This document shows, piece after piece, positions 19,541 to 26,975 of a stretch of 64,000 bases of DNA. Within the stretch, counting starts at the first letter, position 1. Each line of letters begins with the position of its first letter. Location: the NCBI GenBank assembly GCA_963698975.1, contig CAVOSV010000003.1:517864-581863 (forward strand), given 5' to 3'. Below the pieces are notes generated by a model. It worked only from the letters and a program-made list of their open reading frames with translations. It was not told the origin of the DNA and made no database searches. The DNA is from an uncultured Gemmatimonadales bacterium (GTDB lineage: Bacteria > Gemmatimonadota > Gemmatimonadetes > Gemmatimonadales > GWC2-71-9). Position numbers and translations under genes: made by a program.

Positions 19541-21007
19541 ATGCCACGTTCCAGCGCAGTGTTGGCATTCTTCCTGTTCGCCGGTACCGAGGTACTGAGC
19601 GCGCAGTCCCCGGGAAGCTTCGAGATAGCAGGCTTCGCCCGCTACAGCTTCTTTGACGACGCACTTGCCCTCGACGACCAGGTCGGGGGCGGCGGCTCAC
19701 TTGGGTTGTTCTTTATCCGTAACCTCGAGATCGAGGCCGAGGCGGCGACTACCTCCGCTGACGGCGCGGGGGGAAGCTCTATATCGAACACTCCGGTTCG
19801 GGGCCGGCTGACCTACCATATACCTCTTGGCGGCAAGGCCACGGCAATCCGGATCGGGGCCGGTTACGTCCGGGACATGTACGGAAAGGACGCTGACACC
19901 GATGAGGATGGCATCACTGGCGTCCTCGGGCTTCGCCTGGGGCTGAGCGAGAAGCTCGGCGTCAAGCTCGATGGTACCATCGACTACGTGCCGAGCCCGT
20001 CGGGCGGGACCATCGACAACTACATGAATTATGGAGTGCAGGGGGGTCTGAGCCTCCTGCTCGGCAACTCATCCGATAAGGACAAGGATCAGGTAAAGGA
20101 CAACGTGGATCGCTGTGCCGGCACTCCCGCGGGAGAGGCGGTTGACGCCAGCGGCTGCGGAGCGAGCCAGCGTGACAGCGATAGCGACAAGGTGAAGGAC
20201 TCCGCGGACCGCTGTCCCAATACCCCGTCGGGTCAGGCTACGGACAACCAGGGTTGCTCCGCGGAACAGAGGGACGCCGATAAGGATCAAGTCAGCGACA
20301 CTCAGGACCGCTGCAAGAACACTCCCGCCGGCGAGAAGGCCGATCCGGAGGGCTGCTCAGAAAGCCAGAAGGACGACGACAAGGACGCCGTGACGAACGT
20401 GGCCGACCGCTGTCCCAACACGGCGGAGGGAGAGAAGGTTGACGAGCACGGTTGCGGGCCGGGCCAGCTCGATACCGATTCCGATGGTGTTGCCGATGCC
20501 CAGGACCAGTGCCCCAATACCGTGATCGGTGAGTTGGTGGACCCCCGGGGCTGCGGCCGCGACGCCGACGGCGACAAGGTTGCAGATGTGGCCGACCGCT
20601 GCCCGGATACGCCCAACGGTCAGGCGGTGGACGAGAACGGCTGTCCCGTCCTGTTCCAGGGGGCCGCCCGCACCGTCACACTCACAGGAGTCACCTTTGC
20701 AACCGGCAAGGCAACGCTGACGCCGGAATCGGAGGCGGTGCTGCAGGACGTGGCCAAACAGCTGCAGGCCAGCCCGGAAGTGCGGGTGCAAATCGCAGGC
20801 TTCACCGACAATACCGGCTCGAGATCAGGGAACATCAAGATCTCACAGAAACGGGCCGTGGCCGTGGAGAAATTCCTGGAGCAGAACGGAGTCTCGCCGG
20901 CACAGCTGAGCGCGAAGGGATTCGGGCCGGACAAGCCAGTTGCCTCGAACAAGACCGCGGAGGGGCGGGCCAAGAACCGGCGAGTGGAGCTGATAAGGAT
21001 GGATTGA
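19541..21007 (+). CDS. OmpA-family outer membrane protein with thrombospondin type-3 (TSP3) repeats
   Basis: Signal peptide, N-terminal beta-strand region, about 7 Asp-rich repeats (D.D.D.V.D..DRCPNTP.G..VD..GC) and a C-terminal OmpA domain (IAGFTDNTGS...NRRVELI). Confidence 0.85.
   Translation: MPRSSAVLAFFLFAGTEVLSAQSPGSFEIAGFARYSFFDDALALDDQVGGGGSLGLFFIRNLEIEAEAATTSADGAGGSSISNTPVRGRLTYHIPLGGKATAIRIGAGYVRDMYGKDADTDEDGITGVLGLRLGLSEKLGVKLDGTIDYVPSPSGGTIDNYMNYGVQGGLSLLLGNSSDKDKDQVKDNVDRCAGTPAGEAVDASGCGASQRDSDSDKVKDSADRCPNTPSGQATDNQGCSAEQRDADKDQVSDTQDRCKNTPAGEKADPEGCSESQKDDDKDAVTNVADRCPNTAEGEKVDEHGCGPGQLDTDSDGVADAQDQCPNTVIGELVDPRGCGRDADGDKVADVADRCPDTPNGQAVDENGCPVLFQGAARTVTLTGVTFATGKATLTPESEAVLQDVAKQLQASPEVRVQIAGFTDNTGSRSGNIKISQKRAVAVEKFLEQNGVSPAQLSAKGFGPDKPVASNKTAEGRAKNRRVELIRMD
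20072..20650 (+). repeat. coding tandem repeats (about 7 TSP3-like calcium-binding units, roughly 33 codons each)
   Basis: Recurrent DKDQVKD..DRC(P/K/A)NTP.GE.(V/A)D..GC in the translated ORF. Confidence 0.75.
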
Positions 21008-21056
21008 AGGGGCTGGAAGAGGGAGGAGCGAAGCGGAGGGTAGCATGAGGCGAGAA

Positions 21057-21089
21057 GCGGGAACGTAGCGATGCTACGTTCCCGCTTTT
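21057..21089 (+). terminator. intrinsic terminator between convergent genes
   Basis: GCGGGAACGTAGC-GAT-GCTACGTTCCCGC (13-bp perfect stem) followed by TTTT. Embedded in a longer purine-rich/pyrimidine-rich imperfect palindrome. Confidence 0.7.
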
Positions 21090-21128
21090 CCCATTCCCCT
21101 CTTCCCCGCTTCCCTTCTTCCCGGCTTC

Positions 21129-21704
21129 TTAGGCAAATCGCTCCGCTACCCGCTTGTTCAGTCCGCGGAGCCGAAGTCCCAAGGCGAGCAGCAGCAGGCC
21201 AAAGAAGAAGGCGTAGACGCCAATGGTGTAAATCACTACTGTGGCGCCCCACTGCGGGTTTCCGATCGTCACCACACCGAAGATCACGGAGAGAACGCCG
21301 GACAACGCCAACAGCCACTCCCCCGAGATCTCCCGGCGCAGCCGGAAGGCGAGCACCACCTGGAGGACGCCAACACCAATGGCCCAGGCAGCAATCCAGA
21401 TCAGGATTGCCAGCGCGGCTACTCCGGGGCGCGCGAGAGTGAAGCCTCCAACGGCAATGCCAAGAAGCCCGATTAGAATGAGGGGCCAGACCGGCCGGCC
21501 CTCATCCCGGACCTTGAAGGCGGTGGTCAATGCGACGATCCCGTCGGCTAGGGCGTAGATGCCCCACAGCGTCGCCAGAACCAACAGCGTGATCCCCGGC
21601 CGGGTAAAAGCGACAACGGCCAATCCGATCGCCAAAACTCCCCGCAGGACGAGGAGTTTCCATTGGCGACTCATATAGTCGAGAAAACGTCCATTCGTCG
21701 GCAT
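21129..21704 (-). CDS. HdeD-family (DUF308) membrane protein
   Basis: Six hydrophobic helices. LRGVLAIGLAVVAFTRPGITLLVLATLWGIYALADGI is typical of HdeD/DUF308. Confidence 0.7.
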   Translation of the reverse strand: MPTNGRFLDYMSRQWKLLVLRGVLAIGLAVVAFTRPGITLLVLATLWGIYALADGIVALTTAFKVRDEGRPVWPLILIGLLGIAVGGFTLARPGVAALAILIWIAAWAIGVGVLQVVLAFRLRREISGEWLLALSGVLSVIFGVVTIGNPQWGATVVIYTIGVYAFFFGLLLLALGLRLRGLNKRVAERFA

Positions 21705-21733
21705 GCGGTCCCTCGCTTTGAGTCCGGCTCGAG

Positions 21734-22240
21734 TTATTGGGTTGTGGTATCTCCAGCCATCGGCAGAGCGGCCTGAAGGTTGGCGCTGACCACGGTGTTC
21801 AAGGCGTTCTCGACCTGGTAGAAGCGAACCACCTTGGTCCCCGGTATCGCTTTGCGGAACTTCCCGGCGTACTTCTTCTGCAGATCGATCTGCTTCTCGC
21901 GGAGACTGAACCAGTCATCCAGCAGCTTCTTCGATTGATCGTCGGACATGGTAGCGGCCTGATTGGCAAACCGCTCCATGAAGTCGACTCTCTCGTCGCC
22001 CTGTTTGGCGATGTCGTTGCGGAATTCCCGGTAGATCGGCCAGAACTTCTCGCTCTCGGCCGGAGTCAGCTCCATGAGCTGCTGCACGATCTCCTGCCGC
22101 CGGGTCTGGATATTGGCCCGGGTTAGCTCGAGCTGGTCTGCACCGCTCGAGGGTTGGCCGGCCTGAGCGTGGGCTGGAGGGGCAATAAGCAAGCCGCTCA
22201 GCGCCAGCGCGCCGAGCCAGGCTGAGTGAGCCATCCTCAT
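21734..22240 (-). CDS. secreted 168-aa helical protein, paralog A (function unknown, weakly Spy/CpxP-like)
   Basis: Signal peptide MRMAHSAWLGALALSGLLIAPPAHAQA. 122/168 identical (hand alignment) to the ORF at 37079..37585. Confidence 0.7.
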   Translation of the reverse strand: MRMAHSAWLGALALSGLLIAPPAHAQAGQPSSGADQLELTRANIQTRRQEIVQQLMELTPAESEKFWPIYREFRNDIAKQGDERVDFMERFANQAATMSDDQSKKLLDDWFSLREKQIDLQKKYAGKFRKAIPGTKVVRFYQVENALNTVVSANLQAALPMAGDTTTQ

Positions 22241-22324
22241 GAGAGGGTCTCCATAAGTAATGCAGGTGGATGCCCGTCCCTTGCCTGGCGGCGGGCACAG
22301 ATAGCTGCGGTCAGCTGGTACCGA

Positions 22325-22594
22325 TCAGGTCGAGTCAGGCCGAACGGAATCCGCCGGCGCGGAGCTGTCCGAGGGATACGCACCCGTGCTCGCCGCGGTG
22401 GTATCGCTGCTATAGGCGCCAGGGCTGGCAGCCGTGGTGTCCTGGGCCGGGGCCGGGTTGGCACTGGTGGTGTCGGCTGGCGCCTGACCGGCCGCCTGCT
22501 CCGGCGTGGCCTGCTCCGGCTCCTTCTTGTTGCAACCGCTGGTCAGGATCACCGCCAGGGCGATCCCGGCACCCATCATTTTTCCTTTGTGCAT
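22325..22594 (-). CDS. small low-complexity lipoprotein
   Basis: Lipobox AVILTSGC, then a Pro/Ala/Thr/Ser-rich tail. A 20-nt motif copy lies 64 nt upstream. Confidence 0.5.
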   Translation of the reverse strand: MHKGKMMGAGIALAVILTSGCNKKEPEQATPEQAAGQAPADTTSANPAPAQDTTAASPGAYSSDTTAASTGAYPSDSSAPADSVRPDST

Positions 22595-22658
22595 AATGCC
22601 TCCTTGAGTCGTGAGAACCTCTTTCCCAGGATCACTATGGGGGGACCGAGGGTCTATC

Positions 22659-22678
22659 GAAACTGCACTTTATACCAG
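22659..22678 (-). promoter_or_regulatory. 20-nt motif copy 1 (gene-direction CTGGTATAAAGTGCAGTTTC)
   Basis: 64 nt upstream of the start at 22594. Most divergent copy (matches all invariant positions). Confidence 0.5.
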
Positions 22679-22754
22679 TCACTTGCATCCGGGGGCGTCG
22701 GATTGTGCCTTGGCGCCCCTTCAATTCATGAGAGACGCCGGCATGGTGGCCTGA

Positions 22755-22774
22755 CTGTCAGAACTGCCAGTTTC
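22755..22774 (+). promoter_or_regulatory. 20-nt motif copy 2 (CTGTCAGAACTGCCAGTTTC)
   Basis: 94 nt upstream of the start at 22869. Confidence 0.65.
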
Positions 22775-22868
22775 CTCGTGTAGCACCCGCTCCTAACGTC
22801 AAGCAGCGCCCGCACTCGCCACTCAGGCTCTGAGAAATCCTGCCCACGTCCCGCATGAGAGAGTTCCC

Positions 22869-23474
22869 ATGACGAACACCCTGATCGATCCAACGACCAC
22901 GCCAGAGACCGCTACGCGTGAGATCGTAGAAGACTGGTCCAAGCCCGCAGCGATGGCGATTCCCAAGGAAGGATTCTTCAAGCTGGAGCAGGGACGGTAC
23001 GGCCCTGTTTATCCGAAGACCCCCGCCAACTACGGATTTACCATCATCGCCAAGATCAAGCCGGGTACGGAGCAGACCATCCGTGAGTACGGCCACAAGA
23101 TCGAGAGTACCATCAAGGGTCTGCCGGACGGACTTGAGGTGCTCAAGCTGCATTACCTCCGCTGGGTGCTCTTCGATATCGGGAATGAGACCTACTTCAT
23201 GTATCAGGGCATCTTCGATACCGATTTCGACAAGTACACCGAGGACGCTGTTGCGCTCTTCGGCAAGTACGGCATCAGCACGATCTTCGAGAACCTGGAG
23301 GGCTTCCCCATGGACTGGAAGACCAACCCATCGGCGTTCGTCCAGTTCGTCCGCGACCACCACCGTCCCAGCTTCCTGGAGTACGGCGAGTACCCCTACG
23401 TGACCGCCGAGGAGATCAAGAAGGCGCTGCGGCTGAAGGCGGCATTCTCCAACATGCTGGATCAGATGCAGTGA
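22869..23474 (+). CDS. hypothetical 201-aa protein co-transcribed with DyP peroxidase
   Basis: No signal peptide. LKLHYLRWVLFDIGNETYFMYQGIFDTDFDKYTEDAVALF. The stop overlaps the DyP GTG start (GTGA). Confidence 0.7.
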   Translation: MTNTLIDPTTTPETATREIVEDWSKPAAMAIPKEGFFKLEQGRYGPVYPKTPANYGFTIIAKIKPGTEQTIREYGHKIESTIKGLPDGLEVLKLHYLRWVLFDIGNETYFMYQGIFDTDFDKYTEDAVALFGKYGISTIFENLEGFPMDWKTNPSAFVQFVRDHHRPSFLEYGEYPYVTAEEIKKALRLKAAFSNMLDQMQ

Positions 23475-24820
23475 TCGCGTCGCTGGGGGCAACGATGCTC
23501 GAGCTCGACGACATCCAGCACATTCTGGTCACGCGAACCCCGGCGCTGACGGGGCGATACGAATTTCTCACCTTCCGGGACTCCGCCAGCGCCCAGGCCT
23601 GGCTGGCGGGCATTCTGGAGAAGATCCGCTCCGCCTCCAGCGTACGCAGCACGGTTGAGAGCGACAACCGCTGGGTGAACGTGGCCTTCACCTGGGAAGG
23701 ATTGCGCGCCCTCGGCCTGGACGAAGAGTCGCTCGCCACGTTCCCCGAGGAATTCAAGCAGGGGATGGTGGCTCGGGCCGAAATGCTGGGCGACACCGGC
23801 GTCAATCACCCCAGCTGCTGGGTGGGAGACCTGGCCAGTCCCGATCTGCACGCCATTGTGATCCTCTTCGCCCGCACGGCGTCGGAGCACACCCGGTGCG
23901 TGGCCGCCCATGAGGAGCTGCTCGCGGAGCTCCCCGGAGTGGAACGGCTTTCCTATCTGGACCTCGAGGCCACTCCGCCCTTCGATTATGCCCACGACCA
24001 CTTCGGCTACCGCGACCGTCTCTCCCAGCCAGTGATGAAGGGAACCGGGGAGGAACCAACCCCCGGTTCAGGTGCAGCACTCGAGCCGGGCGAGTTCATC
24101 CTGGGCTATCCCGATGAGAACGGTCCTCCCGCTCTGCAGCCGCAACCGGAGGTGTTGTCCCGGAACGGCAGCTACATGGCCTATCGCCGGTTGGAGGAAC
24201 ACGTCGGCAAGTTCCGGGAGTTTCTCGCCGAACACGGAAAGACCCCCGAAGAACAGGAGTTCATCGCCGCCAAGCTTATGGGCCGGTGGCGCAGCGGCGC
24301 GCCTTTAACACTGGCACCCGAGAAGGATGATCCGGTGCTCGGCGCCGATATGCAGCGGAACAACGATTTCAACTACAAGAAGATGGACCCGCTGGGCTAT
24401 GCCGTTCCCCTCGGCTCCCATTGCCGCCGGATGAACCCGCGGGATACGGCTGCCAACATGAACCGGCGGCGGATGATCCGGCGCGGCGCAACCTACGGCC
24501 CGCTTCTACCGGAGGGCGCGCCCGACGACGGCGTGGAACGGGGGATCGCCGCGTTCGTGATCTGCGCCAGTCTCATCCGTCAGTTCGAGTTCGCCCAGAA
24601 CGTGTGGATCAACGACAAGAACTTTCACGAGCTGGGGAACGAGCGCGATCCGATTATCGGGACGCAGGATGGGACGCTGGAGTACAAGATTCCCAAGCGT
24701 CCGATCCGGAAGCGCATCACCGGTCTCCCCGCGTTCACCACCGTCCGGGGTGGAGCTTACTTCTTCCTCCCGGGCCTCAAGGCGCTCAGGTATCTAGCGG
24801 GCTTGAACGATGCGCACTGA
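23471..24820 (+). CDS. DyP-type peroxidase family protein
   Basis: LELDDIQHILV N-terminus, HFGYRDRLSQP (GxxDG-region variant) and proximal-His region GSHCRRMNPRD. An alternative ATG lies at 23495. Confidence 0.8.
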   Translation: MIASLGATMLELDDIQHILVTRTPALTGRYEFLTFRDSASAQAWLAGILEKIRSASSVRSTVESDNRWVNVAFTWEGLRALGLDEESLATFPEEFKQGMVARAEMLGDTGVNHPSCWVGDLASPDLHAIVILFARTASEHTRCVAAHEELLAELPGVERLSYLDLEATPPFDYAHDHFGYRDRLSQPVMKGTGEEPTPGSGAALEPGEFILGYPDENGPPALQPQPEVLSRNGSYMAYRRLEEHVGKFREFLAEHGKTPEEQEFIAAKLMGRWRSGAPLTLAPEKDDPVLGADMQRNNDFNYKKMDPLGYAVPLGSHCRRMNPRDTAANMNRRRMIRRGATYGPLLPEGAPDDGVERGIAAFVICASLIRQFEFAQNVWINDKNFHELGNERDPIIGTQDGTLEYKIPKRPIRKRITGLPAFTTVRGGAYFFLPGLKALRYLAGLNDAH

Positions 24821-24823
24821 GGC

Positions 24824-25732
24824 ATGCGCACTCCATTGCTGGCGCTGGCCTGCAGCTTCATCGCATCCGGGTGGGCGCAAGCCCAGAACCGGGGCGTCTA
24901 CCCGCTGGGCATGAGCGCCACGAGCTCGGGCGTGATGCCGGCCGCCGGGTTCACCTACTCGAACTCGTTCCTCTTCTACTCTCGCAACCGGAGCGTGGAT
25001 GCTGAAGGCGGAGTGCTCGCCACCGGCAGCAACTCGGTCCTGATGGACATGAACGGGTTCGTCTGGGCCAGCTCGAAGCAGGTTCTCGGGGGAGCGAGGC
25101 TGGCGGCATCGGCCACGCTGCCAATCGCCAACAACTCGCTTGCATCTGACGTGAGCGGGGCAATCAGCGGCGGCGGCGGGTTTGCGGATTCCTACTATCA
25201 GCCGGTGATCCTGGGCTGGGCCATGCCACGCGTCGACCTCAAGGCGATCTATGGATTCTTGGCTCCCACTGGACGATTTGAGGCCGGGGAGGATGATAAC
25301 GTCGGATCCGGCTACTGGACTCATGTGGTCGCCTCGGGTCAGACCTTTTATCTGACAGCAGACAAGAGAACGGCCATCTCAGCGTTCGAGATGTACGAGT
25401 TTCACGGCACGCAGGAGAGCACCGGCGTTCGGCCGGGGCAGACGCTCGATCTCGACTATTCGGCCACCCGGTCGTTTCCCCTGCGGGAGGACCTGCAGCT
25501 ACAGCTGGGACTGGTCGGCTACGAACAGCGGCAGACTACGGACAAGACCGGGCCAACGGTGACGGCGGACCAGGCCGCGGCTCACTACAGCGTCAACGCA
25601 CTGGGCTTCACCGCCAATCTGGGCTTCCCTGCACGGGAGGTCGGCCTCGGTTTCAGATATTTCAAGGAGTTTTCCAACCGGTCGACGTTCCAGGGCCACT
25701 CGCTGCAGATCGCGGCCTCAGTTCACTTCTAA
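24824..25732 (+). CDS. outer-membrane beta-barrel transporter-like protein (MetA-pathway phenol degradation / SphA-like family)
   Basis: Signal peptide ending AQAQ, then NRGVYPLGMSATSSGVMPAAGFTYSN. Alternating beta-strand pattern; ends ...AASVHF. Confidence 0.55.
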   Translation: MRTPLLALACSFIASGWAQAQNRGVYPLGMSATSSGVMPAAGFTYSNSFLFYSRNRSVDAEGGVLATGSNSVLMDMNGFVWASSKQVLGGARLAASATLPIANNSLASDVSGAISGGGGFADSYYQPVILGWAMPRVDLKAIYGFLAPTGRFEAGEDDNVGSGYWTHVVASGQTFYLTADKRTAISAFEMYEFHGTQESTGVRPGQTLDLDYSATRSFPLREDLQLQLGLVGYEQRQTTDKTGPTVTADQAAAHYSVNALGFTANLGFPAREVGLGFRYFKEFSNRSTFQGHSLQIAASVHF

Positions 25733-25767
25733 CGATTGGCCTAGGGCAAACGAGAACGGAGCACCAT

Positions 25768-26853
25768 ATGAGTACGGGTAAAGCGGCAAGGACCTACAAC
25801 CAGGATCATGTGCCTCGCAAGTACAAGTCCGGCAAGCGTCGGGTGAGCATCTACTGGACCTGGAGCTATCCCTGGGAAGCGAACCGGGACCCGTCCGTGA
25901 TGGACAACCGCTTTTCGACCTTCACCGAGGTTCGGCGGGTGGCCTGGCCGGAGTATGAAACCCGGGAATGGAACGAGCAGGCCTTCCTTCAGGGCATTGC
26001 GGGCACACTGGAGCTGTTTCATCGCTCAACGCTGAGCTTTCAGCAGTTGGTGGGCGAGGCCACCGACCAGCCCGTCGCCGTCTTCCAGCGGATCGACCAG
26101 GCAGGGTATCGGCAGCCGATCGACGAGCGGATCCTGGCGGATACAGACACGCTGATGGTCTTCGGGCTCGACCACCTGCTGGCTGAGCAGGAGGCTTCGC
26201 CGGAAGAGATCGCGGCCCTCAGCGAGTGGCTCAAGCGCGAGGGAACCTGTCTCCTGATCGGCCCCCACCACGATGTGGGCTTTGCCGCGGACCTGGAGCA
26301 GCGGCAGATGGAGTACAAACATCACGGGGATCCCCTGGTGCCTCGGCAGCAGCGGTTCGGCCAGTACACCAGATCTTTGATGAAGGGGCTGGATGTTCCG
26401 GTGATAAATCAGTACGGACTCCGCCCGGCCGTGGTGAGAGGCACCAACCAGATTGCGCCGCTCCACACCAATCACGACCTCGACACCCTGGGTCTCCTGC
26501 GCAATGTCACCACCTTCAACTTTCATCCCCACCTGCCCCATTACGCCCTTACGACTGGCGACACCTCGTCGGTGCGGGTCCTCTCTTGCCAGGGGATCGA
26601 CCTGGATCGGCCGCACCCCTTTACTGCGGCGGGCAACACCGAATTCAACTGCTTCATCTGGATACCACCTCAGTCCGACCGAGGCGGAGATATCCTGATG
26701 GCCGACTCGACCATCTTCACTACGCTATTCGGTGGCACCCAAAGTCTGGAGAATTTCTGGCGCAACCTCGCGCTGATGAGACGAACTGAGCGAGCCACAC
26801 CAGCCCCCAGCCTGTCACAACTACCAGTTCCCGAGCGCACCTCGCGACTCTAG
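25768..26853 (+). CDS. hypothetical cytoplasmic protein, 361 aa, no family recognised
   Basis: Long ORF with good GC3 bias and no signal peptide. His-rich segments LLIGPHHDVGF, EYKHHGDP and NFHPHLPHY. Confidence 0.6.
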   Translation: MSTGKAARTYNQDHVPRKYKSGKRRVSIYWTWSYPWEANRDPSVMDNRFSTFTEVRRVAWPEYETREWNEQAFLQGIAGTLELFHRSTLSFQQLVGEATDQPVAVFQRIDQAGYRQPIDERILADTDTLMVFGLDHLLAEQEASPEEIAALSEWLKREGTCLLIGPHHDVGFAADLEQRQMEYKHHGDPLVPRQQRFGQYTRSLMKGLDVPVINQYGLRPAVVRGTNQIAPLHTNHDLDTLGLLRNVTTFNFHPHLPHYALTTGDTSSVRVLSCQGIDLDRPHPFTAAGNTEFNCFIWIPPQSDRGGDILMADSTIFTTLFGGTQSLENFWRNLALMRRTERATPAPSLSQLPVPERTSRL

Positions 26854-26975
26854 GGTGGAGCGATTCGCCAGTGCCCCGTTAGGCGGCTAAGAGATCCTGC
26901 CCGTCAGCCTCGCTTTGCTGTGCTCCTGCCGGCAACCAAGGCTGATGACGCCGTCCCTATCAAACGAGAAAAGAC

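Noticed and set aside
23471-24820. DyP peroxidase as encapsulin cargo
   Set aside because: No encapsulin shell gene is adjacent, and the DyP C-terminus does not look like a targeting peptide. The 201-aa neighbour is too short and unlike HK97-fold shells.
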